NCBI RefSeq assembly: GCF_009914755.1
Contig: NC_060925.1
Origin: the human T2T-CHM13v2.0 reference genome, Homo sapiens
DNA: 64,000 nucleotides
Direction: 5' to 3' (one strand)
The notes below the pieces were generated by a model, which did no database searches, was not told the origin of the DNA, and saw nothing but the letters and a program-made list of their open reading frames with translations. How positions within the stretch are numbered: the first letter of the stretch is position 1; each line of letters starts with the position of its first letter. Shown in pieces: positions 1 through 10,929 of the stretch. A program made the translations under genes and the position numbers.

Positions 1-5
1 CACTA

Positions 6-352
<347 letters not shown>

Positions 353-1039
353 ATATGGTGTGTGGCCAGGTCCTTGGGTGTGTGGTCCCTAAGTGGGGAA
401 GTAGAGGGGTCCTCATTCCTCCCTGACATGTGCTGAGGGTTACTAATAATAATAATCATGGTGATGATGATGTTAGCTCACATTTATTGAGCTTACAATG
501 TGTAAGCTTTGATGAAGAAACCACAGCTACTTTAACTCTTGCCATCTTTCCTGCCCTCAAACATACAGCCTTGTCATGCCAGACCACTTTCAGCCCTAAA
601 ACTGTTCCTCCACTGAATCCCTGGGAAGGGACCATCCAGCCCATGCCTGTGACAGGGAGCTAACTCGAGAGAGGCTGGATGGCTGTCCATCACTGGACAG
701 CTTTAGGGTCAGAAAATTCTTGCTTACACTGATGTAAATCCTTTCTCCTGTAATTTCCATTATTTGATTCCAGTTTTATGATACATCTTTAAGATTTATA
801 TGGCTACTGAACACACTCTACTTTGTGCATTCATGCATTCATTTAATAAAAATTTTTAAAGCATCTAGTAAATGTGAGGCACTGAATTAGCTGTGGGGAT
901 TTCATGTAATTAACCCGCAGTCAGGTGACACCCTATCCTGGCTCTTAATACAGGCCTCCGACACCAAGCAGAGATTCTGAAACCAGCCTGTGGGGATGCA
1001 GGCGGGGATGCCAGGTGTGAGAGGGGGTCTTTGTTTACC

Positions 1040-1510
1040 CGAGAGACCGAATATACAAATGGAAAATTAGCTGGATCGTATATAAAAACAGAACTTTGAC
1101 CCACAACTTGCAGCAACTAGCTCAGAAAGCCAACCAACTATCTGCAGCAATGATTCCAGAAAGCCAAACAACCACCCTTACAGCAACTGGTCCCAAATGA
1201 GCAGGACTTGATTAACGATGGCCAGCTTGCTTCATCTTTGCCTACCCGCCCCCGCCACCTATGACCCGCTTCCAATTTAGGACTAATTAGAGAAAGCCAA
1301 ATATGCTCCCATAACCAATCACATAGGATTCCTCACTTCTGGTTAGCCCACCTACGGCTTCCCCATCCCACAGCCTCCAATGAGGGCGCACCTGAAACCT
1401 TCCTTCCCTTTTTTCCGCCATGAAGCTTTCCCATTCCTGTCCCTGCCTGTGAGTCTCTGCCAAACTCAAGCAACAGCAGCTGACTGCCTTGCTAGAGCAA
1501 GCTCTGGATA
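1040..1510. mobile_element. Old LTR-like element, family not assigned
   Basis: Short internal repeats (gcagcaac...gaaagccaa), CCAAT boxes and LTR-like composition. Recognised only by resemblance. Confidence 0.45.
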
Positions 1511-1516
1511 TATAGC

Positions 1517-1920
1517 TGATGTAATCTGGGTGTTTGTTCCCTCCAGATCTCATGTTGAAATGTAATCCCCAGTGTTGGAGGAGGGGCCTCGTGGGAGGTG
1601 TTAGGGTCCTGGAGGTGGATCCCTCATGAGCGGCTTAGCACTATCCCCTCGGTGAAGACTGAGTTTTCAGTTCATGCGAGATCTGATTGTTTAAAAGAGT
1701 GCAGCACTTCCTCCACCTTGCTCCCTCTCTTGCCACTGATGTGCCTGCTTCCCCTTCACCTTCTGCCTGGATTGTAAGCTCCCTGAGAACCTCACCAGAA
1801 GCAGATGCCAGCACCACGCTTCCTATACAGCCTGCCAAAATGTGAGCCAATTAAACCTCTTTTCTTTATAAATTACCCAGTCTTGGGTCCTTTAAAGCAA
1901 CGCACAAATTAACTAACACA
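1517..1920 (+). mobile_element. MaLR LTR (MST family)
   Basis: TG...CA ends, ctcatgttgaaatgtaatcccc, and ttaaacctcttttctttataaattacccagtct typical of MST/THE1. Confidence 0.85.
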
Positions 1921-2052
1921 ATTGCCTTTACTTATTCTCCCGTAAGTGGTCTTCATTTATTTTCACACTTCCATTCAGTTTCTTTTTGCAATCATAGGTC
2001 TGTTTAACTCATGAAATCTCTTTAAGTCTTCTTTCTAAAATACAAAGTCTTA

Positions 2053-2358
<306 letters not shown>

Positions 2359-4481
2359 TTAGGCACTATCTTCCAGATTTATTCCATTTATACATTTAGT
2401 CAATTGCCTTCCAGGTATTACCATTGATAATAACCTTGAGCAGCAAGGTTTAGATGTAGAATAAAGCTCTATAGCATTCAAGACCTTCCTTCAAGGGATA
2501 CGGCCACTAGTCCATGCCCCTTGACCGGGACAGTAACCAAGGCGTTGCTGCCCACCTTGCTGTACTGCTGACCAGGTCATATGTTTGTGGACAAACTTAG
2601 GGAGATTTATGAAATCTTTGCCATGGACAATAAATAAGCAGTAGTGCCTCTGGCATTCCCCTGATCTAGTGACCTAAACAACTCACTAAGAAAGGAAGAA
2701 GGTTTCCTAGTCATCAACTCAAATGGCTATAATTTACTGAGCAGTAACCATGCTGCAGTGATGGCACTAGGTCTGTTTTAGCCTCCCATTTGGCCCCCCT
2801 AACAATTGCAGGGGGTCGGTATTATTAGCTCAGTTGTAGAGATGAGCGAATGGAATTTAGGGATGTGAAATAACTTGCCCTGGGTCATATAACGATTAAG
2901 GAGTAGGGAAAAAATCAATTTCGGTTCTATCTGACTGCAACCACTATGTTATACTGCCAAACAAAGAGCTTAGTAACAGCCAAAAAAAAGAATAAGGCTG
3001 GCAAAACAGCAAATCTAGATTTAGCTTCTGTTTTCAGATGTATAGTGCGTATGTTACTGAAAGCCAAAGTCCACAATGGGCAGGCTGCTTATTAAGTATC
3101 ATATTTGAATTTGGGGGGCTTTAAGAGGAACTTTAATGGAATGGACTGTATCTATGAAAAAAGCTGTGACCGGGATAGAGATTTTGAGACATGTCATATA
3201 AGCAAGTCTCAGACTATCATGCCATTTAGAACATATTCAGGAAGCAGGGGTTGGAGGGACAAATCCAGGAAAACTTCAGAAGTAAATAAGTTTCACTTGG
3301 GAATGACCTCCTGATGAAAACCTCATGTTAGGAAACACAAATAGGAGAGGTTAAGTGATGCTCTTATTTCTTCAAGTAATTATATAATTTGAGACTGCCA
3401 CAGACAATAAAATGGTTTTGGGAGAGTAAAAAAGAGGATTTTCTATTTATGCTTCTTTTGAATAACACTTGCCAAATTGTCCCTTTAAAAATTGTAGAAA
3501 ATACGCATGATTTTGTTATTCAAAATGCAGTCTGCTAATCCATATATTTTGTAAAAGATAAGAGACTTCCACCCCTCATTTGTTTTAAGATGCACATGCA
3601 AACAAAAATGACCTTTCTAAACAGCCCAGGTAACCTTCTATATCAACACAGAGAGAATTAATCATTTGTTTTCCCTCATTTCATGTTTCCTAAGGAATAT
3701 TAATTATTCTCTGTTGTATTTGAAGTTGAATTGCTTTTTACTTTGCTCCATTTTCATTTTGGTTCTGGTATCCAGTTACCTGCATTACCAATGAAATACT
3801 TTCCTAGGAGGTAAAACATATCTTTCAAAACTCGTAAATCCTGAGAAAAATATCAGCTCAGTACCAGCACTGAGCAGGGATGGCAGATGGACTATACAAC
3901 AGTGACCTCCTCCTGCCCACTGCCACATACACTGGGTCTTTGAAACTTCCTCAGTCCTTTGTTCTTTTAATTGAAAGAAAAAGGGACAAGAGGAGAAAAT
4001 CAAAGGTGCTTTAAGCACTAGCACCCTTTCTCCTTGTTAATGTCAGGCTATGACCTCAACTGCAGGAAGACCTGAAAGAAATGACTGGGCTTGGCGAGGC
4101 AGAGGGAGTGTGACTCTCATCGGCGTCCCATGAAATAGTTATTGTCAGAAATAGCAGCTATGATGAAATCAGTAGCTTTAGGTTCAGCAAAGAACTATCA
4201 CTACTCAAGTGCTTGAGCTATTAGATTAAAAGTATCCATATCAGTCAATCTCTTTGCTGTTTCTCCAGCTGTCCACTGAACCTCAGAACTACCCCTTCTT
4301 CCTGACATCCTTTGTTTCTGTTGACAATATGGCTCTTCTCTCAGTTGGCCCAGCACCAGAGGCGGAAAGTGCTGCCGCCTACTCCCTCTGGCTGAGTTCT
4401 TACAGCCCATCAGTCACTATGATGCAGCTCTTGCCAGGTCTTTTCCATGTCATGTTACTTCCAGATCTCATAGTCATCATC

Positions 4482-5340
4482 TGTATTAGTCAGGGTTCTC
4501 CAGAGAAGCAGAACCAACAGGATATGAATACATATGTACAGTGGATCCTTGAACGATGTGAGGGTTAGAGGCACTGATCCTTATACAGTCAAAAATCTGT
4601 GTATAGCTTTGGGATCCCCAGAAACTTAACTACTAATAGCCTACTGTTGACCAGAATAGTCAATTAACACATATTTTGCATGTACTGTGTATTAGATATT
4701 TCTCTAGCTTATAATAAAGTAAGCTAGAGAAAAGAGAATGGTATTAAGAAAATCATAAGGGAAAATATATTTACTATTCATTAAGTGGAAGTGGATCATC
4801 ATAAAGATCTTCATCCTCATTGTCTTCACATTGAATAAGCTCAGGAGGAGGAGGAAGAGGATGGGTTGGCATTCCTGCCTCAGGAATGGCAGAGGTAGAA
4901 GAGGTGGAGGAAGGAGAAGCAGGCATATTCAGTGTAATTTTTATTGAAAAAAAGTGCATATAAGCAGATCCATGCAGAGAAAGAGAGATTTATGAGATTT
5001 ATCTTAAGGAATTGGCACATATGATTGTGGGGGCTGTAAGTTCAAAATCTGCAGGGCAGAGCAGGCAGGGTGGAAACTAAGGCAGGGTTTCTATATGTTG
5101 CAGTCTTGAGGAGAATTCCTTCTTCTTTGGGAAACCCCACTCTTGTTTGGGAAACTCCACTTCAATTGATTGGATGAAGCCTACACACAATATGGAGCAG
5201 AGCCTACTTTACTCAAAACCTACTGATGTCAATGTGAATCACATCTAGAAAATACCTCCCCAACAACATCTAGACTCATGATTGACCAAACAACTGGGCA
5301 CCGGAGCCCAGCCAAGTTGACTCATTAAATTAACCTTCAC
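4482..5340. mobile_element. MLT2 (ERVL) LTR interrupted by a Tigger2-family element
   Basis: tgtattagtcagggttctccagagaagcagaacc at one end and ccagccaagttgactcattaaattaacc at the other. Confidence 0.75.
4539..4975 (-). mobile_element. Tigger2-family non-autonomous DNA transposon (Tigger2a/2b-like)
   Basis: TA followed by a cagtggatccttgaac terminal repeat. The minus strand reads GATGAAGATCTTTATGATGATCCACTTCCACTTAATGAATAG; ORF 4774..4959 is this sequence. Confidence 0.85.
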
Positions 5341-5832
5341 ACCCTCATAATTCAGCCCTGCCACTCCCTCCTTAATCATGGCCATCAGCCCGCTCCCCGC
5401 TTTCCCCACTGCTCACCTGGGCACTTTCTCTAGCTTTGTTCCAGTGCTGTCAGGTCCTGGCTCTGATTACAGGTCTTCGGTAGTTCCCCCTTGGCCTGTA
5501 GGTCTGACTCCACATCCTACCCTGGGCATCTGCATTGGTCCCAAGCTTATTCTTGCCTTTTCCAGTTCTATGTTCTAAGGCTTTACAACTGGGATGCTTT
5601 GCTCCTGCAAGAAGCTGCTCACAGATCTTCCAACACCCCATGCTTCTTTCTGACTCTGTATCTTTGTTCACTCTGTTCCTTCTACTTAGAATACTTTTCT
5701 TTTTTTCCCACTCTATTCAACATAACTTATTTGAGATTCATCCATCAACACCTTGTCTTTTTTCATTGGTAAGTAGTTTGCAATTGTATGGACATGCCAC
5801 AATTTCTTCATCCATCTTTTATGGAAATCGAT

Positions 5833-6086
5833 GTTTTATATATATTTATATATATTTATATTTATATATATTTATATATATTTATATTTATATATATTTA
5901 TATATATTTATATTTATATATTTATATATATTTATATATTTATATATATTTATATATTTATATATTTATATATATTTATATATTTATATATATTTATATA
6001 TTTATATATATTTATATATTTATATATATTTATATATTTATATATATTTATTTATATATATTTATATATATTTTTATATATATATT

Positions 6087-6130
<44 letters not shown>
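5833..6130. repeat. Compound microsatellite: (TTTATATA/TTTATATATA)n followed by (CA)n
   Basis: Directly visible. It abuts the tail of a minus-strand Alu monomer. Confidence 0.95.
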
Positions 6131-6137
6131 TATATGT

Positions 6138-6291
6138 ATTTGAGACAGAGTCTTGCTCTGTCACCCAGGCTGGTGTGCAGTGGTGTAATCATGGCTTCCT
6201 GAAGCCTTGACCTCCTGGGCTCAAGAGATCCTCCTGCCTCAACTTCTCAAGTAGCTAAGATTATAGGCACACACCACCACACCCAGCTAAT
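6138..6291 (-). mobile_element. Alu fragment (AluJ/FRAM-like monomer)
   Basis: tttgagacagagtcttgctctgtcacccaggctgg...ccagctaat. Confidence 0.85.
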
Positions 6292-7889
6292 AAGCAGGAT
6301 CTCTTTCTTTCTTCAGCATGCCTGCACAGGTGAGCTCACCCCGCTCACTCATCATTTAAGGTGCAGCTCAAATTCCATCTTCTCTCTGTGACCCTCACTT
6401 GTTGGTCTGCAGAGATTTTCCTCCTCCCAAGTCCCAGAATACTTATAGCTGACACCACTCATTTAGCACCAGGGCTGGCTTCACATTAGCATACACAGGC
6501 TCTGAGAAATTCCATGACGAAGAAACCCATTTAAATTAAACCCATAGGGTCTCTGTCTTAGGCAGTGCAGCCTCCCTTTCTCAGGTAATGACCATAACGA
6601 TCTCACTGAAACAGCATTTCATAACACACACCTTGGAAAATACTATGCTGGTTATTCTCTGATATAATTTCTAGTTCCGAGATTAGATGCATCAGTGATT
6701 CCAGATAACAAGCAGATCTTGGGCTGGCTGGTCAGTTTGTTCTCCCTGTCCAAGTTACAGGAGAAGGTCTGGGGAGGTTGCTAAGCTACAGGGTCACTAT
6801 CTGACTTGATCACCAGCATCATACCACCCCTGTGCTCCTGTACCCCAAGAGATGGCCTGTTTTCATCTAACCCTATCAACCTGTGCCCCAAGAGATGGCC
6901 TGTTTTCATAGAAACCTTTTAATTCTTTCACAATAAAGACAGACCAAGATTAAAATACACACTGATGAAGTTTAAATAGGGCTATTCCTGTTTGTTCTAA
7001 TTATGCTAAAATGCACAATTTGAACAACAGTCCTCCCCAGAGATGCCAGATTCTTGTGACCAATAAACCTATTGAACCCACCTTCAACTTCAGGCTAATA
7101 GTTCATTTAAGAGGATTCGTTTGAAAAGTATAAATGTGACTTTTTCTAAAAACATGGTTTTCACATTTTCCTTCCTGGCTTCTCCTATTTCAGCATCCCG
7201 CCTCCAGAGCCCTGTGGGTTGAAGACCGCTGTGCTCTTTTCTTTCGGCTTCACACGCTGGTTAGTCTTCTGTTTGCTTTGTCAGCACGGTACTTTTCATT
7301 TCCTTCGTGGTGTTTTTAGGAGCTCCTGAATTTCACAGACAAATCCAGACCCCTGTGTGGAAAGCCTGCGGTGGTGTTCTCCGTCTTCCCACAGGACTCC
7401 CTGCAGCCAGGAATTCTAGGGGAGCACCTGACGCGAGGTGAGGAACATACAGGCATACCTTGTGTTCGTGCACTGTGCCTTATTGCATTTTTTACAAATT
7501 GAAGATCTGTGGCAACTCTGCCTCAAACAAGTCTATTGGCTCCATTAGTCCAACAGCATGTGCTCACTTCATGTTTCCATGCCACATTTTGGTAATTCTC
7601 ACAATATTTCAAACATTTTCATTAGTACTATATCTGTTATGGTGATCTGTGATCAGTTATCTTTGATGTTACTATGGCAACAGCACAACCTGCACCCGTC
7701 TAAGTTGGAGAACTTAATCCATAAATGTTGCATGTGTTCTGACTGCTCTGTAGACCAGCTGTTCCCCTGTCTCTCTCTCCTTGGGCCGCCTATTTCCTAA
7801 GACAACAACATTGAAATCAGGACAGTTGATAAACCTACCATTGGTCTCTAAGTTTCAAGTTAAAGGAAGAGTGGTACATCTCTCAGTTT

Positions 7890-8197
7890 TGTGGGTTGTT
7901 TGTTGTTCATCTTTGAGATGGAGTCTCACTCTGTCGCCCAGGCTGGACTGCAGTGGTGCAATCTTGGCTCACTGCAACCTCTGCCTCCCAGGTTCAAGCA
8001 AGTCTCCTGCCTCAATCTCCTGAGTAGCTGGGATTACAGGCACCCAACACTACATCCAGCTAATTTTTGTATTTTTAGTAGAGATGGGGTTTTACCATGT
8101 TGGACAGGCTGGTCTTGAACTCCTGACCTCAGGTGATCTGCCCGCCTCGGCCTCCCAAAGTCCTGGGATTACTGGCATGAGCTACCATGCCCCACTG
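7890..8197 (-). mobile_element. Alu (AluS) inserted in Tigger1
   Basis: TSD catctctcagttt at 7877-7889 and 8198-8210. Confidence 0.93.
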
Positions 8198-8419
8198 CAT
8201 CTCTCAGTTTAAATCAAAAGCTCTTAATGATGAACCTCAGTGAGAAAGGCATGTAGAAAGCCAAGATAAGCCAAACAGTTTGCCAAGTTGTGAATACAAA
8301 GGAAAAGTTCTTGAAGAAAATTAAAAGTGCCACTCCAGTGAATACACAAATGTTAAGAAAGCAAAACAGCCTTCTTGCTGACATGAGAAAGTTTGAGCGG
8401 TCTAGATAGATCTAACCAC

Positions 8420-8972
8420 TGTCAGGCCTCTGAGCCCAAGCCAAGCCATCGCATCCCCTGTGACTTGCAGGTATACGCCCAGATGGCCTGAAGTAACTGA
8501 AGAATCACAAAAGAAGTGAAAATGTCCTGCCCCGCCTTAACTGATGACATTCCACCACAAAGGAAGTGTCAATGGCTGGTCCTTGCCTTAACTGATGACA
8601 TTCCACCGCAAAAGAAGTGAAAATGGCCGGTCCTTGCCTTAACTGATGACATTACACCACAAAAGAAGTGAAAATGGCCGGTCCTTGCCTTAAGTGATGG
8701 CATTACCTTGTGAAAGTCCTTTTCCTGGCTCATTCTGGCTCAAAATCACCCCCACTGAGCACCTTGTGACCCCCACTCCTGCCCGCCAGGGAACAATCCC
8801 CCTTTGACTGTAATTTTCCTTTACCTACCCAAATCTTATAAAATGGCCCCACCCCTATCTCCCTTTGCTGACTCTCTTTTTGGACTCAGCCTGCCTGCAT
8901 CCAGGTGATTAAAAGCTTTTATTGCTCACACAAAGCCTGTTTGGTGGTCTTTTCATACGGATGTGCGTGAAA
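8420..8972 (+). mobile_element. Solo HERV-H LTR (LTR7), 553 bp
   Basis: Starts TGTCAGGCCTCTGAGCCCAAGC and ends GCGTGAAA. 5-bp TSD ACCAC at 8415-8419 and 8973-8977. ATTAAA poly(A) signal near 8908. Confidence 0.95.
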
Positions 8973-9289
8973 ACCACAATATTCCTGTAAGCCAAAGTCT
9001 AACTCAGAGCGAGGCCCTTACCCTCTTATACTCTGTGAAGGCTGAGAGAGGTGAAAAAGTTGCAAAAGAGACATTGGAAGCTAGCTGAGGTTGGTTCATG
9101 AAGTTTAAGGTACGAAACCGTTCTGTAACATAGAAGTGCCAGGTGAAGCAGAAAGTGATGATAGAGAAGCTGCAGTAGTTATCCAGGAGACCTAGCTGGG
9201 ATCATCGATGAAGCTGGATACACTAAACAACAGATTTTCAATGTAGACAAAACAACCTTCTATTAGAAGAAGATGCCATCTAGGACTTT

Positions 9290-9772
9290 TGTGGGAGTTC
9301 AGTCAGGCTCGTGGGAAAAATTTTAAGATGAAGTTATAGGATATACACACAAACCTTCTTGGAAGGCCGGAAGGTTTTGCAAAAGTTTCAGGATAGGGTT
9401 ATGGCTAAAAGCAGCCTAATCCTTACCTTGAGTTAGTAGCTTGGGACGCAGATACAAAGGAATGTAAAGTATTTTATCTAAATAGCTTGTTTACTCATGT
9501 GGTCCTAAGACCAACCTTTGATCATTTGTGGGCAGGATGGCCCTCTCCAGGGTGGGGGCAGCCAGGTTAATTACCCACAGTGGTTGACTCAAAGCCTTTG
9601 TCAATTAAATCTGTACTAACTAAATACAAGCATTGCCAGCTTGGAGGAGCTGCAAAACTCTCTTCGGCTGCTGGTGCCGGCCGCCCCCTGGCCTGCTCTT
9701 TCACTGAGTATCAGTGTCTGAGTACCTGTCTCATCCGTCATGCAGCTGAGGTCTGTAGGACAGACCCCCACA
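9290..9772 (+). mobile_element. 5' LTR (LTR22-type), 483 bp
   Basis: TGTGGGAG...GACCCCCACA, followed by the primer-binding site. Confidence 0.9.
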
Positions 9773-9774
9773 AG

Positions 9775-9792
9775 TGGCGCCCTGCATGAGGA
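9775..9792 (+). promoter_or_regulatory. Retroviral primer-binding site TGGCGCCCTGCATGAGGA
   Basis: Begins with TGG two nucleotides after the LTR end. Confidence 0.85.
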
Positions 9793-9921
9793 ACGCTACA
9801 AAAGGATCACGATGGACCCCCCGAAAATGAAGGTGAAAAAGGAACTGCACAGTCAGTAAGTCATTGGTGCCTGCTCAGGATTTCCAAGTTCACAGGGGAT
9901 TATTCAGGCTAGGGTTTCATC

Positions 9922-10495
9922 ACAGGACAACAGTTATCAGCTTAACAGAAACAGTATATAGAAGTATTGAAACAGCTGCTTAAAGCTAGTGGAGCCTATG
10001 TTTGGCAGGCTCAATTAAGGGACCTAATGCAAACTGTTGTATCCCAAAACCCATGGTTCCCTGAAGAAGGCATGCTAGACGTAAAGCTCTGGAACAAGTG
10101 GGGAGAAATCTTAAACATTGCATGCAAGGGCAAGGTCCCAGTATCATCTTTAATGCTATGGGCCTTAGTTAGGGCAGCCCTGGCTCCATTATACACAGAA
10201 GAGCCTAAAAAGGAGAAGGAGGAAGAACCATCACCTGCTTTACCACCTCCTCTTCCCTCAGCCCCGATATCACCAGGCCAAAATAAAAAAGGGGAAACGG
10301 AGGTTTTGCCTAAGCCCCCTCCTCCAGTAGATAGGAAAAAGGACAGGGGATATGCTACAGCGAAGAGACCCTGTCTTAAGCAAGCAGCATTAAAAGGGGA
10401 GCTCTTTGCCTGCCCAGTAATGCAAGATCAACAAGGCAATCAGATGTATAAACCCATTTCTTTTAACGCTTATTTAAAAATACGAAAAAACATTA
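9922..10495 (+). pseudogene. ERV gag remnant (matrix, proline-rich late-domain region, start of capsid)
   Basis: The decayed start ACA-GGA-CAA-CAG (ancestral MGQQ) is in frame with ORF 9967..10620, with an early TAA. NPWFPEEG matrix motif and PSAP late domain are present. Confidence 0.88.
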
Positions 10496-10929
10496 AAGAC
10501 CAGAGCTGCGCGACCATGCGAGCGGTGGGCAGAAGGAAAGGCTCAGCAGCAGGGAGGCTTGCAGACCTGGAGCCAACAGATGCTCCCAGGAACTCGACCT
10601 GCATAGTAGCAACGCAATGAGGAGCCAGGCCCAGCATGCAGAAGCTAGCCTGCTGGGGATGGGCAGGAGGCACATGCAGGAAGGTTTGTGCAGCAGGCAG
10701 CAGCCGCCAGGCAGCGGGGTGGAGGAAGGAGCAGTACAGAAAGAAGCAGCACAGACAAAGCACAGCGCCTAAGCAGGTGCAAAGTGGCTGCCGCCCTGGG
10801 GCCTGCCTGCTCAGCTCTCCAGCTCTCCGGCCTGTGGCAAAATTTTGTGTGCTCCTTATGTACAAGCGACATCCCAGATTGTAATTCTATGCTAAGATTT
10901 GAGTAAAATTTAAAAATTTAAAAAACCTC

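Noticed and set aside
5535-6210. Long ORFs (202, 140 and 123 aa) rich in Y/I/F and HT repeats
   Set aside because: They are translations of the AT and CA microsatellite and an Alu.
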